From positions 9,112 to 73,111 of IMG/VR virus record IMGVR_UViG_3300044710_000077: DNA of 64,000 nucleotides; one strand, 5' to 3'. The first letter of the stretch is position 1. Every line of letters starts with the position of its first letter. Shown here in pieces: positions 37,258-45,707 of this stretch. This DNA comes from a virus. The notes under the pieces are model-generated. The model was given only the letters and a program-made list of their open reading frames with translations, was not told the DNA's origin and searched no databases. The translations under genes and the position numbers were made by a program.

Positions 37258-37719
37258 TCAGCCCGCCTTGCGTCCGGTACTCTGCGGCAGCGGCTGCGGG
37301 GCGAACACGTGCTGGCAGTGCGGACAGCAGGTCAGGCCGTGCGCGGCGTTCTGGGGCGCGATAGGCGCCCCGGCCTCAAGTAGCTGGCCGATCATGCGAT
37401 AGTCCGTCAGCACCGCGCCGCGTTTCAGCACCGCCATGACGTTGTCGATTTGCGGCCGGCAGTCGGCCATGACGACGTAGGGGCCGTCGCCGCGCACCGG
37501 CGGCGGCTCTGGCGGCGGCGCTGTAAGGACCCGCGGGGCCGTCTGTTCCGTAGCTTTGCCAACCGACGGAGACGGCGCGTCGCCCTTGCTGGGGTTGTCG
37601 ACGCGCATCTGGACGGCCCCGCAGGAGGGGCATTCCTTGACCTTGTAGTGCACCGGGTGGTCGCAGTCGGGCGCCGTGCACTTGCGATAGCCGACCTTGA
37701 ACGCGCGCGCTGCGGTCAT
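37258..37719 (-). CDS. Zinc-finger hypothetical protein
   Basis: CTAPDC, CPSCG, CPHC. Confidence 0.55.
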   Translation of the reverse strand: MTAARAFKVGYRKCTAPDCDHPVHYKVKECPSCGAVQMRVDNPSKGDAPSPSVGKATEQTAPRVLTAPPPEPPPVRGDGPYVVMADCRPQIDNVMAVLKRGAVLTDYRMIGQLLEAGAPIAPQNAAHGLTCCPHCQHVFAPQPLPQSTGRKAG

Positions 37720-39362
37720 AGAATTGGCATCCCCTGATCGACCATGGCCGTGACGACGTCGTAGCCCAGCACATAGGGTTGGCCGTAAAAGAACGCCTGC
37801 ACCTGGGAATTGCCCAGAGCGAATTCAAAGTTGTTCGCCGCGATGATCGGCCCCGTGCCGCCCGACAAGGTGCCCGACGTCGTGCTGCCGGTGCCGCCGC
37901 CCATGTGGCCGTTCGACGGCGTGAACGTGCACGTCTCGGTGCCGCCACCGGTTTCCGTGATCGTCGCGGACACAACGGTCGAATTGCCGATGACGCCGGG
38001 CTCGGTGATGGTGATGACGCCCGCCATGTTCGACGCCCGAATATTCGCCGCCGACAGTGTCGTATCGGCATTGATAAGGGCGACCAGCCCCGCGGCAATC
38101 GTCGTCGCGCTGTCCGCGCCGACCAGCGTGTAAGTCTTGGTGACTGGCAGGCCCGACACGCCCGCATTGGTGAACGTCAGGGCCACGGTATCGGTGGCCG
38201 CCGGCGCCGACGACACGATGGTCGCGATGACGCTGGCGTTCGTGTTGCTGAACGTAATGGTTTCGGTCGCCCCCGTGCTCAGCACCGACGTCGTGGTCGG
38301 CGCCGTGGTCACGGTGATGGTCTCGCTACCCGTCGTCACCGACTCTGTCAGCCGCATTTGACCGATGTTCGGGCCAAGCGTGAACGAAATGGTGCTGGAC
38401 GTGACGCTGGCCTCGATAGCGGCGTCTTGCAGCGCGGGCGTGCTATTGACCGCCGCGCCCAAGGCGGCAGCAATGGTCGCGGTCGTATCGCCCGCCACTG
38501 TCGTATAGCTGACGGTCACGGGCGAGCCCGGAATGCCGGCGCCGGTAAAAATCAGGTTCAGCACGTCGCCGCCGCCGGCAGCAACGGTCCCGCCGATAAC
38601 CGCAGTCAGCGGATTGGAATTCACCCAGGTCGACACGACGACAGGTTCGTCGGCCGCTGGGATGACCAGCGTAATGACGCCGGCCACGTTCGACGCCGTG
38701 ATGCCCGCGGCAACGAGCGCCGCATTAGCGCCAATGGCCGTCACCAAATTGCCGGCAATCGTCGTCGCCGACTGCGACGTGGTGACTGCCTGGGTAATGG
38801 CGACAGAGCCGCCCGGCAGATTCGGGCTGGTGAACAGCGCCGTGATCTGGTCGCCGGTCAACGCGGTGCCGGCAATCGTGATCTTGACCGCGGCCTCGCT
38901 CGGCGCCGTTAGGACACTGAAATTGCCCACCGGGCCCGCTTGGCGGAACGTGATAACGCCGTCCAGGACGTCGGTGCGCAGACCGACATTCGCCGCTGCC
39001 GGATCGTCGTCGAACAGGGATGCCAGTTCCTCGGCAATATCGTTCAACGTGTCGCCGGCCTGCACCGTGTATGTGTGCGAAATGAAGCCGGACGGAAACA
39101 CTGGGTTGCTGGCCTCGATGGTCAGGATATCAGCGGCCGTCACCGTCCCGCCGATAGTCGCCGTGCACGTCGCTTCCCCGCGCGGATTGGCGTTCAGAAA
39201 GCCAAGGGGCGACGCCAAGCCAAGCGCGCCAGCGCCGGACCCGTTCGGGTCGGTCTGGGCATTCGACGAATAGTTCGGCTTGTCGAAATTCGGCAACAGC
39301 GTCGGGTTGCGCGGGTCGAATACGCCGGGCGTACCCTGGGGCGGGATGACAGTGTCGACCAT
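37716..39362 (-). CDS. Virion structural/decoration protein built from four tandem ~90 aa modules
   Basis: Four copies of T(I/V)xGT..GD...FT...(L/I)PG...T.YT...GDT...IA..L...(I/V)N; downstream of capsid. Confidence 0.7.
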   Translation of the reverse strand: MVDTVIPPQGTPGVFDPRNPTLLPNFDKPNYSSNAQTDPNGSGAGALGLASPLGFLNANPRGEATCTATIGGTVTAADILTIEASNPVFPSGFISHTYTVQAGDTLNDIAEELASLFDDDPAAANVGLRTDVLDGVITFRQAGPVGNFSVLTAPSEAAVKITIAGTALTGDQITALFTSPNLPGGSVAITQAVTTSQSATTIAGNLVTAIGANAALVAAGITASNVAGVITLVIPAADEPVVVSTWVNSNPLTAVIGGTVAAGGGDVLNLIFTGAGIPGSPVTVSYTTVAGDTTATIAAALGAAVNSTPALQDAAIEASVTSSTISFTLGPNIGQMRLTESVTTGSETITVTTAPTTTSVLSTGATETITFSNTNASVIATIVSSAPAATDTVALTFTNAGVSGLPVTKTYTLVGADSATTIAAGLVALINADTTLSAANIRASNMAGVITITEPGVIGNSTVVSATITETGGGTETCTFTPSNGHMGGGTGSTTSGTLSGGTGPIIAANNFEFALGNSQVQAFFYGQPYVLGYDVVTAMVDQGMPIL

Positions 39363-39386
39363 GGCGTCGTTACCCTCGTTTCGCCG

Positions 39387-39599
39387 TTACCGCGACGGCC
39401 GCAGCGTGCCGCGGCCTACCGGTGTCATTTTTCTGCCCATGCGCTTGCGCACCGCAGCCCGCGCCATGCCCTGCTCGCCCGACGTCTTTCGGTCCCAGCC
39501 CGGCACGAAACAGTCGTCGCCGCCCGGGTCCGAAAACACCGCCTTGACGGTCTGGGTGAACTTGCCGCCGACTGTCTTTACCGTGGCCATGTCAAGCAT
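39387..39599 (-). CDS. Small basic protein
   Basis: K/R-rich 70 aa ORF in the late operon. Confidence 0.5.
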   Translation of the reverse strand: MLDMATVKTVGGKFTQTVKAVFSDPGGDDCFVPGWDRKTSGEQGMARAAVRKRMGRKMTPVGRGTLRPSR

Positions 39600-39634
39600 T
39601 CCGGTTCTTTTGACGGATTGGCCAACCCGCTAAT

Positions 39635-39856
39635 TTAGCCGCCTCCGTAGCGGCGCATCGGGTCGACGTACTTGCGCGCGCTGCGTTCGCCGCCCTGGTT
39701 GCGGTCGGCGCCAGGCGCATCCGACACCTTGCCGTCGCCCGGCACGGTCATGGACACGCCCGCGGTCTGGCCGGTGACGGAGATTTCCTCCATGCCGCGG
39801 CCTTTGGCGCGCTGGCCAGCCAGGGACTTGGAAATGGAACGTGAAGGCGGCTTCAT
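39635..39856 (-). CDS. Small basic protein
   Basis: AAGGAG RBS; 73 aa. Confidence 0.55.
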   Translation of the reverse strand: MKPPSRSISKSLAGQRAKGRGMEEISVTGQTAGVSMTVPGDGKVSDAPGADRNQGGERSARKYVDPMRRYGGG

Positions 39857-39869
39857 CGGCGACTCCTTT

Positions 39870-40754
39870 TCAGTGCAGCAGCGCCCGCTGGCGGATTTCC
39901 GCCGCCTGGTCGGGCGCGAATTCTTCTAGCGTCTTGTCGCCCTTGCTGGCGTTACAGGGCAAACAAGCCGGAACGATGTTCCCGACCTCGTTCTTGCCCT
40001 TCCGCGACAGCGGCGTCAAATGTTCCATCGTCAGCCTTGTCTCGGCCCCGCAGTACGCGCAGGAATGCTCGAATTCCTTGAGCAGCGCCAGCCAGTCGGC
40101 GCGCGTGAATTCGCCTTCCATTTCCAGCGACCGGACGATTACGCCGTCCTTGTAGGTCTCTGCCTTCACCCGCGCCGCCTTGAGGCGCCAGCGGTCGCGC
40201 AGCACGGCGCGGACGTGCGGCTTTTGATTGTGCTGCCGTTCCCATTCCTTGTAGGCGGCCGTGCGGCGACGGGCGCTCATGCGTGCATTCACAGTCACTG
40301 AATTTGCACGCGCGTATTTTTTAGCGCGCTTCGCCACTTTGGCCCTATTGCACTCGACGCAATAAGAACCGATGCCGTGCGCGCGGCGCTTATCCGGCGC
40401 AAAACAGGAAAAATCCTTCACTTCCTTGCAGGACGAACAGCGTTTCATGCCTTCCGGCAATGCTACGGCCGCGAGTTTTGCTGCCGTCTCGGCGCGCTTT
40501 TTGGCCGCGTAACGCTTGGCGGTAGCGACGGCTTTGTCGGGGTTTTTGGCTCGCCACGCCGCTGCATTTTTTCTAGTCCGCTCGCGAAGCCCCGCTGGAT
40601 TTGCAGCCTTAGCCCGTCTGTGCTTTTCGGCATGGCACGCCTTGCAATAGGGGTCGTACCCGTCAGCGCGTTTGACGGCCGGATAGAAATGCTCGGCCGC
40701 GAGTTTCGACTCGCGACATTTAGCGCATTTCTTGAGGCCGTCAGCGTCAATCAT
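39870..40754 (-). CDS. HNH endonuclease with two zinc-finger repeats
   Basis: KKCAKC..CKAC, KRCSSC..CVEC; CAYCG..TMEHLTPL..G.N..GNIVPACLPCNASKG. Confidence 0.92.
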   Translation of the reverse strand: MIDADGLKKCAKCRESKLAAEHFYPAVKRADGYDPYCKACHAEKHRRAKAANPAGLRERTRKNAAAWRAKNPDKAVATAKRYAAKKRAETAAKLAAVALPEGMKRCSSCKEVKDFSCFAPDKRRAHGIGSYCVECNRAKVAKRAKKYARANSVTVNARMSARRRTAAYKEWERQHNQKPHVRAVLRDRWRLKAARVKAETYKDGVIVRSLEMEGEFTRADWLALLKEFEHSCAYCGAETRLTMEHLTPLSRKGKNEVGNIVPACLPCNASKGDKTLEEFAPDQAAEIRQRALLH

Positions 40755-40773
40755 GGCGCACCTTGATAGCACG

Positions 40774-42174
40774 TTATCCAGCGGTTTCAATAACGAGGCT
40801 CCGCTTGAACAACGCGTTGGAAGCCGTTGGAATTATGGAGGTAGTACTCGTAATGTCCGTCGGGACCGCGTAATCTCCGATCCAAGTCCAAGACAGCGAC
40901 GTGACCTGGGACAAGCGGTCCAAGGGCGGGCGCAGGATTTGCGCCACGTTGTTCACCAGGAACACGTCGGCAATCGGATTGAGTCCTTCGCGCTGCAACC
41001 AGGATTCGAGGCCCTCGAAATTGCCTTGGATGATGGACTCGGCACCCATGATGATCGGGCGGCGGGTGCGCACGACGTTCGCCGACGGGCTGGTCGCGGT
41101 GCTGGCTTGGCCGTAGGTCGTGCCGTTGTACTGCTGCAACGCCGGCTGGACATAGGCTTCCGTCGTCGGGATATAGGTCACGCCCAGCAGCCGAATCACG
41201 TCGCCGTCGCGGAATTCGCCGCTGTCGTTGCGGCCGGCGAACAGGACTTTGAAATCCTGGTCGGCCCAAAGCTGGCGCATGGACGTATTGTCCAGGATGC
41301 AGTGGTAGGTCCCGTCCTCCATGGGCGGCACGCCGTTGTCGCGCAGGTAGGCGACTGCATCTTCGACCAGCCCCATGGTCAGCACGTCCGACCCGGACAG
41401 TTGCGCCGTGGTCAGTTTGCCGAACGGGCGCAGGATTTTCGGGGCGTTCAGCGCGATAAGCGCGTCGCCATTGACCGGGGTCGTGGCGGCACTGAACGTC
41501 AGCGTGCCGCTGGTGCCGTCCGGGCGCGAGCTATGGTTCGTCACGTCGGCGGTCGCTGCCGTCACGGTCAGCGTCTGGTTGACGCCGGCCGACGTGATCG
41601 CGGTTTCGACGACCGTAATCGGGTTGCCGCTGGAAATGCCGGTCGGCACGCCATTGACCAGGACCGTCGTAAAGCCGCTGATATCGTCGACATGGCAGGT
41701 CGTGGTGCTGCCGGCGCCCAGGTCGGTGCGCACGCGGCTGTTGCCGCCCAGATACGCAAAGAACAGCTTCATGCGCGCAATCCGCTCCATGGACTGCGCC
41801 GCCTGCACGCCGTTGTTGCGGCTGTTGCCGATAAGCTGGTCGGCGATGCCGGCCAGTTCCTGAATCATGTTGGTGTCAACGGTGTCGGCGTATTCCTGCA
41901 TGGTGAAGGAATACTGCTCGACGCTGAACGTCGACGGCGACAGGCCATTGTCCAGGCCGGTGTTATTGGCCGGATTGAGCGGCTCAGTGACCGGGGTTTT
42001 GCGCGACTTGCGCGTCCGGGTCAGGGTTTCACCAATGCGCGCGGGGACGGTTTCCTCGGCGGCGGCCCGGCGATAGGCCAGGACCGAGTCGAGCCCTTCC
42101 TCCAATTCGCGTTCCAAAAAGCCCTGCTGCAAGATGGCGGCAAGTGCGGCGGGGAAATTGGTGAACGAGCCCAT
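40774..42174 (-). CDS. Major capsid protein
   Basis: 466 aa, strongly biased codons, GGAG RBS, IGETLTRTR, N.G.QAAQS, AVAYLRDNGVP..DG.YHC; downstream of scaffold. Confidence 0.9.
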   Translation of the reverse strand: MGSFTNFPAALAAILQQGFLERELEEGLDSVLAYRRAAAEETVPARIGETLTRTRKSRKTPVTEPLNPANNTGLDNGLSPSTFSVEQYSFTMQEYADTVDTNMIQELAGIADQLIGNSRNNGVQAAQSMERIARMKLFFAYLGGNSRVRTDLGAGSTTTCHVDDISGFTTVLVNGVPTGISSGNPITVVETAITSAGVNQTLTVTAATADVTNHSSRPDGTSGTLTFSAATTPVNGDALIALNAPKILRPFGKLTTAQLSGSDVLTMGLVEDAVAYLRDNGVPPMEDGTYHCILDNTSMRQLWADQDFKVLFAGRNDSGEFRDGDVIRLLGVTYIPTTEAYVQPALQQYNGTTYGQASTATSPSANVVRTRRPIIMGAESIIQGNFEGLESWLQREGLNPIADVFLVNNVAQILRPPLDRLSQVTSLSWTWIGDYAVPTDITSTTSIIPTASNALFKRSLVIETAG

Positions 42175-42409
42175 GGCGATATCGCTCCGTGCAAACGGGG
42201 GTCCGGTGTAGGGTCAGCGGACGCCTGCGCGCCTGGCGCGGCGTGTATATTTCGGGCTTTGGTATTTCCGGGGCGGCGTCTAGCCGGCCTGACCGTCGGG
42301 CGGGGTCCCTGCCCCTATATGCTGGGCTTGTTGTCGGGGGCGCCCGTCCCCGCGCTTTCCGTGTTGGCCGGGCCAGCCGTTGCCAACGCGGTCTGCGTTC
42401 CTGCTGCCG

Positions 42410-42616
42410 TTATGTCGCAGAATTACTCCGAACGCAAGCGGTAGGGGCTATGCCACCATGCGGTTCATATGGATGGTGGAGCAAAAACAGGAATAAACGG
42501 TCATTTTTGACGGTCGGCGGCCATTCGGCGACACAGCCCGCGTCAACGCCGCGCGCGATATCGACCGGCGACAATTCAGCCAAATCCCGTTCCCTGATTC
42601 GCAGTTCTTTTCGCAC
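42410..42616 (-). CDS. Hypothetical protein
   Basis: 68 aa ORF in the scaffold-capsid insert; weak support. Confidence 0.3.
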   Translation of the reverse strand: MRKELRIRERDLAELSPVDIARGVDAGCVAEWPPTVKNDRLFLFLLHHPYEPHGGIAPTACVRSNSAT

Positions 42617-42637
42617 GTCGGGGCAATTGAACCTCAG

Positions 42638-43216
42638 TTAACCGGCATATCGGCGGATGTAGTATTCGCCCCAGCATCCTTGCCAATCGACGCGGCGCCC
42701 GTACTTGCGTTTCAGTTTGGTCATTTCGGGTAGGTTGTCGCCGCGGAGATCGTCCCAAATGTCATGCCACGCGGCGCCATAACGGATGCCTTTCGGTGGC
42801 TGCCATTCAAAGGCATCGGCCTGGATAATCTCAACGCGTTTATCCGCTTGATAGTGAGGTCCAGCCAAAGCGATTACATCCGCGTCTTTCTCGATGACAG
42901 TCACGCGCCGAACGCTAACGCGTTTCAATACCGCGGCAAGCACCATGCCGATACCGAGTCCGTTGAGCAGAACATGATCCTTGGCATTACAGACGATGGA
43001 ATAGTGATCGCGCATTTCATCCGGTGTATCGCTCATGATGATGCCGCGTTTGGCGTGTCGTAGCCGGGTATAGATGCCGGGAGAGATAACGCCGCGTCCG
43101 TGTTGCATGGCGCTGATAGTGCCCATCATGGCATCATGCTTCGTGACCTCGAAACGCTCGATGGCCCAATCGCCGCACTTGCCTTCCGGGACCGTTACTT
43201 GCTCAATGATGCTCAT
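42638..43216 (-). CDS. Class I SAM-dependent methyltransferase (spermidine-synthase-like fold)
   Basis: IMSDTPDE, VLLNGLGIG, VTVIEKD, IIQADAF, AWHDIWD. Confidence 0.85.
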   Translation of the reverse strand: MSIIEQVTVPEGKCGDWAIERFEVTKHDAMMGTISAMQHGRGVISPGIYTRLRHAKRGIIMSDTPDEMRDHYSIVCNAKDHVLLNGLGIGMVLAAVLKRVSVRRVTVIEKDADVIALAGPHYQADKRVEIIQADAFEWQPPKGIRYGAAWHDIWDDLRGDNLPEMTKLKRKYGRRVDWQGCWGEYYIRRYAG

Positions 43217-43812
43217 GATTTTCCCGACATTGCAGAAGCCAGCCGGCGCCGCGGCGACGCATTCCTGGTTTTGGCGTCCTTGGGCAGCACCATAGCCGCA
43301 CTCGACCCCGGCGCGATATCAACGCGCAGTATAGCCAAATTCAATTTGGAACGCACGCCGGCCGGGAATGACGGGCTGGTCTGCTGGCTTTTGTGCATGG
43401 CCACGATGACGGCGAACACGACTGGCGCGCGCGGGTCGCGGCCGGCGTGCAGCCGGGCATACCAGTCCACAACGTCGTTCGCGCCCTTGTTCTGGTTGCA
43501 GCGGTAGCAGCATACGACGCGATTGAGGCCGTCGAAATCGCCCAGCGTCCAGCCCTTTGCCCGGGGGAAAGCGTGATCGCGCGTCGCGGCCGTCCGTTCG
43601 GCTGTCGTGTTCCACATGGGCGGCGCGGTCATCGGCGCGCCGCAATAGCCGCACGGCTTGCCGACGAATTCCGCCAGCGGCGTGGCTTTCTTTTCGGCTT
43701 GGCGCGTGGTGATGATTCGCCCGCTACGTTCCGGCGGCCGCGGCGGTTGCAGATCGCCTAGGTTGGCCCACTTTTTGCCGTTGGGATTATTGAATTGTGG
43801 GGCCCAGACCAT
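43213..43812 (-). CDS. HNH endonuclease
   Basis: CGYCG...TRDHAFPRAKG...N...CCYRCNQNKG. Confidence 0.85.
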   Translation of the reverse strand: MVWAPQFNNPNGKKWANLGDLQPPRPPERSGRIITTRQAEKKATPLAEFVGKPCGYCGAPMTAPPMWNTTAERTAATRDHAFPRAKGWTLGDFDGLNRVVCCYRCNQNKGANDVVDWYARLHAGRDPRAPVVFAVIVAMHKSQQTSPSFPAGVRSKLNLAILRVDIAPGSSAAMVLPKDAKTRNASPRRRLASAMSGKS

Positions 43813-43819
43813 GAAAAGT

Positions 43820-43946
43820 GACCAGCGCCATTCGGGGTTTACGCTTCAAGCCGCGTGTATTGACCATTGGGGCGGCTCGTCTTGGTCAGTCCGCGAACCC
43901 CTCCCGGATATCGCCCCGGGCCAAGGCATTTTGGCTGGCGCTGGTC
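43820..43946 (-). ncRNA. Multi-branch structured RNA element
   Basis: 11-bp closing stem 43820-43830/43936-43946 enclosing GCCAA/UUGGC, CCCGG/CCGGG, GGGGUU/AACCCC and UGACCA/UGGUCA helices. Confidence 0.5.
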
Positions 43947-43983
43947 GACACCCATTGGCATCGCCGTAGGGTGTTCGTGAATT

Positions 43984-44084
43984 TGGTGGGCCCGGCCGTG
44001 GTTTCCCCCGGCGACGCCTGCCGACATTTGACCCGTTCGATTCGCTCGCGCTTCATTCGACGGATGCCGGCCCGCTACAGGCCC
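43984..44084 (-). ncRNA. tRNA-like RNA (non-canonical, 101 nt, encoded CCA)
   Basis: Starts GGGCCUG-UAG, ends CGGGCCC-A-CCA (7-bp acceptor stem); T-arm-like GCCG..GGAAA..CGGC; long central hairpin instead of a normal anticodon arm. Confidence 0.55.
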
Positions 44085-44188
44085 TTAGAATTCCCCCGGG
44101 GCACCGCCAAGCGTCCCGGGGGTCGAATTCGGAAGGACATTCCGATTGATCGCGTAGGCCGCCGATAATGCAGCGCCGCGCGGAAATG

Positions 44189-44923
44189 TCAACGGAGGCT
44201 GGCGAGCGCAGCCTTCTTGGCATCGCCATAGGCGGCTTTGCCAGCGCGATCTTTCGGCAGGGTGCGCACGTCGGCGCCGGCCGGCGGGGTAGCACCTGGC
44301 GCCGGCTGGGGCGGCGCTGGACTGCCGCTGGTACGGACGGCGACGGTTTCGCCGGCACGTGCTGGCGCTGCCGCCTGGAAATATTCCGGCTTTTTCGTCT
44401 TGAACGCCGTCACGGCGGCCTCGACGCCGGTCACGTTGCCGTCGTCGTCAATGGCGACGCCGGCGCGGTCGATAAGCAGCAGCAGGTCCGGGTCGCGCAA
44501 GCCGGCCGCCACAGCCGCCGCCTTCAATTCAGCGTCAACGGCACGTTGCTTGATTTTGTTCGCCCGAGTTTCGCCTTCTGTGCGCGCGGTCTGTTCGCGA
44601 CGGTCGGCGTCGGCGCGCAACGTCGCCAGTTCGTTTTGCAGCGCAGCCGCCCGCGATTCGGCTTCCCGCTTGCCGACACGGCGAACAGCGGCCTCGGCCC
44701 GCACTTCAGCCAAGATGCCTTCAAGCTGCTGGGCGCGTTCGGTGTCCGACTGCCCAGGGGCGCGCGCTGGTGTGGGCTGCAGTTCCGCGTCGGCGGCCGG
44801 TGGCCGGTTATTGTTGCCACCACCCGGCTGGTCCGCCGGCGGGTCATCGAAGCAAATGAACGGATTGGCAGGCACGCGGAAACCGCGCAGACCCCGCGCG
44901 GCAAGGATATCTGCAAGCAACAT
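44189..44923 (-). CDS. Capsid scaffolding protein
   Basis: VRAEAAVRRV coiled coil, AELKAAAVAAGLRDPD, IDDDGNVTGVEAAV...KKPEYF. Confidence 0.85.
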   Translation of the reverse strand: MLLADILAARGLRGFRVPANPFICFDDPPADQPGGGNNNRPPAADAELQPTPARAPGQSDTERAQQLEGILAEVRAEAAVRRVGKREAESRAAALQNELATLRADADRREQTARTEGETRANKIKQRAVDAELKAAAVAAGLRDPDLLLLIDRAGVAIDDDGNVTGVEAAVTAFKTKKPEYFQAAAPARAGETVAVRTSGSPAPPQPAPGATPPAGADVRTLPKDRAGKAAYGDAKKAALASLR

Positions 44924-44949
44924 GGTTTATTCCCTCGGTTGGCAGACTT

Positions 44950-45669
44950 TCAAGCGGCAGCGGCCAGGGCTGCGGTGATATTCGCGCCCGTGCCGGTCAG
45001 TGTTCCGATTCTGGTTTTGATGTAGCCCACAGGCATGGACGATGTGTAATTCGTCAGCCCCAGCGCCGTGATGCTCGTCCCGTTCAGCTTTTCGCCGTCG
45101 GCGCCGACGGCCACGGTCAGCGTTTCGGTGGCGCCCCCGGATTTCGACGTCGTCAGGATGGTGGTCGACCCGACAGGCGGCGACCCTTCCTCGGTATTTA
45201 TCGCGAACCCCGGCAGGCTGGGCCATAGGATTGTGACCACGGCTGCGGCGGACGTAGCTCGGAAGCCCAGGACGGCCAGATTCTGGTCGGCGTTCACGCC
45301 AGCCGCCAAGGCCGCCGCAATCGCCGTTGTGCTTTCGCCGCCCGACGTGGTTAGCGTCACGGTTTCGCTGCCGTTCGGCAGTAGTGGGTTGGTAAAAATC
45401 AGGTTCAGCATGTCGCCGTCGGTTTCCGAGCCGCCGACGGTGACGGTGTATGTGTTCAGCGGATTGAACTGATTCGTGGCCCAGATATCGAGCGCCAGGG
45501 TCGATATTGACCCGGACAGTTCGATTGACGCCGCCTTGGCGAATTTGACCGGAACCCACAGCCCCTCATAGGGCAGATTGGCCGCTACGATGCTGTCGGC
45601 CAGCAGGGCTGCAATGGCGAACGGGGACGCGAATGGGCCGGCGGTGTATTGGACAAGCTGGTCGACCAT
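44950..45669 (-). CDS. Structural protein carrying one copy of the shared virion module
   Basis: YTVTVGGSETDGDMLNLIFTNP...GESTTAIAAALAAGVN. Confidence 0.65.
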   Translation of the reverse strand: MVDQLVQYTAGPFASPFAIAALLADSIVAANLPYEGLWVPVKFAKAASIELSGSISTLALDIWATNQFNPLNTYTVTVGGSETDGDMLNLIFTNPLLPNGSETVTLTTSGGESTTAIAAALAAGVNADQNLAVLGFRATSAAAVVTILWPSLPGFAINTEEGSPPVGSTTILTTSKSGGATETLTVAVGADGEKLNGTSITALGLTNYTSSMPVGYIKTRIGTLTGTGANITAALAAAA

Positions 45670-45707
45670 TGGCGCGTTGCCCCTTTAACGATTTCCCAAC
45701 GGGCTTA

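Noticed and set aside
40732-42444. 570 aa plus-strand ORF
   Set aside because: Antisense shadow of the capsid gene with no motifs.
43984-44084. Canonical tRNA or tmRNA call
   Set aside because: No TTC T-loop, no clean 5-bp/7-nt anticodon arm, no G3:U70 pair and no tag reading frame; kept only as tRNA-like.
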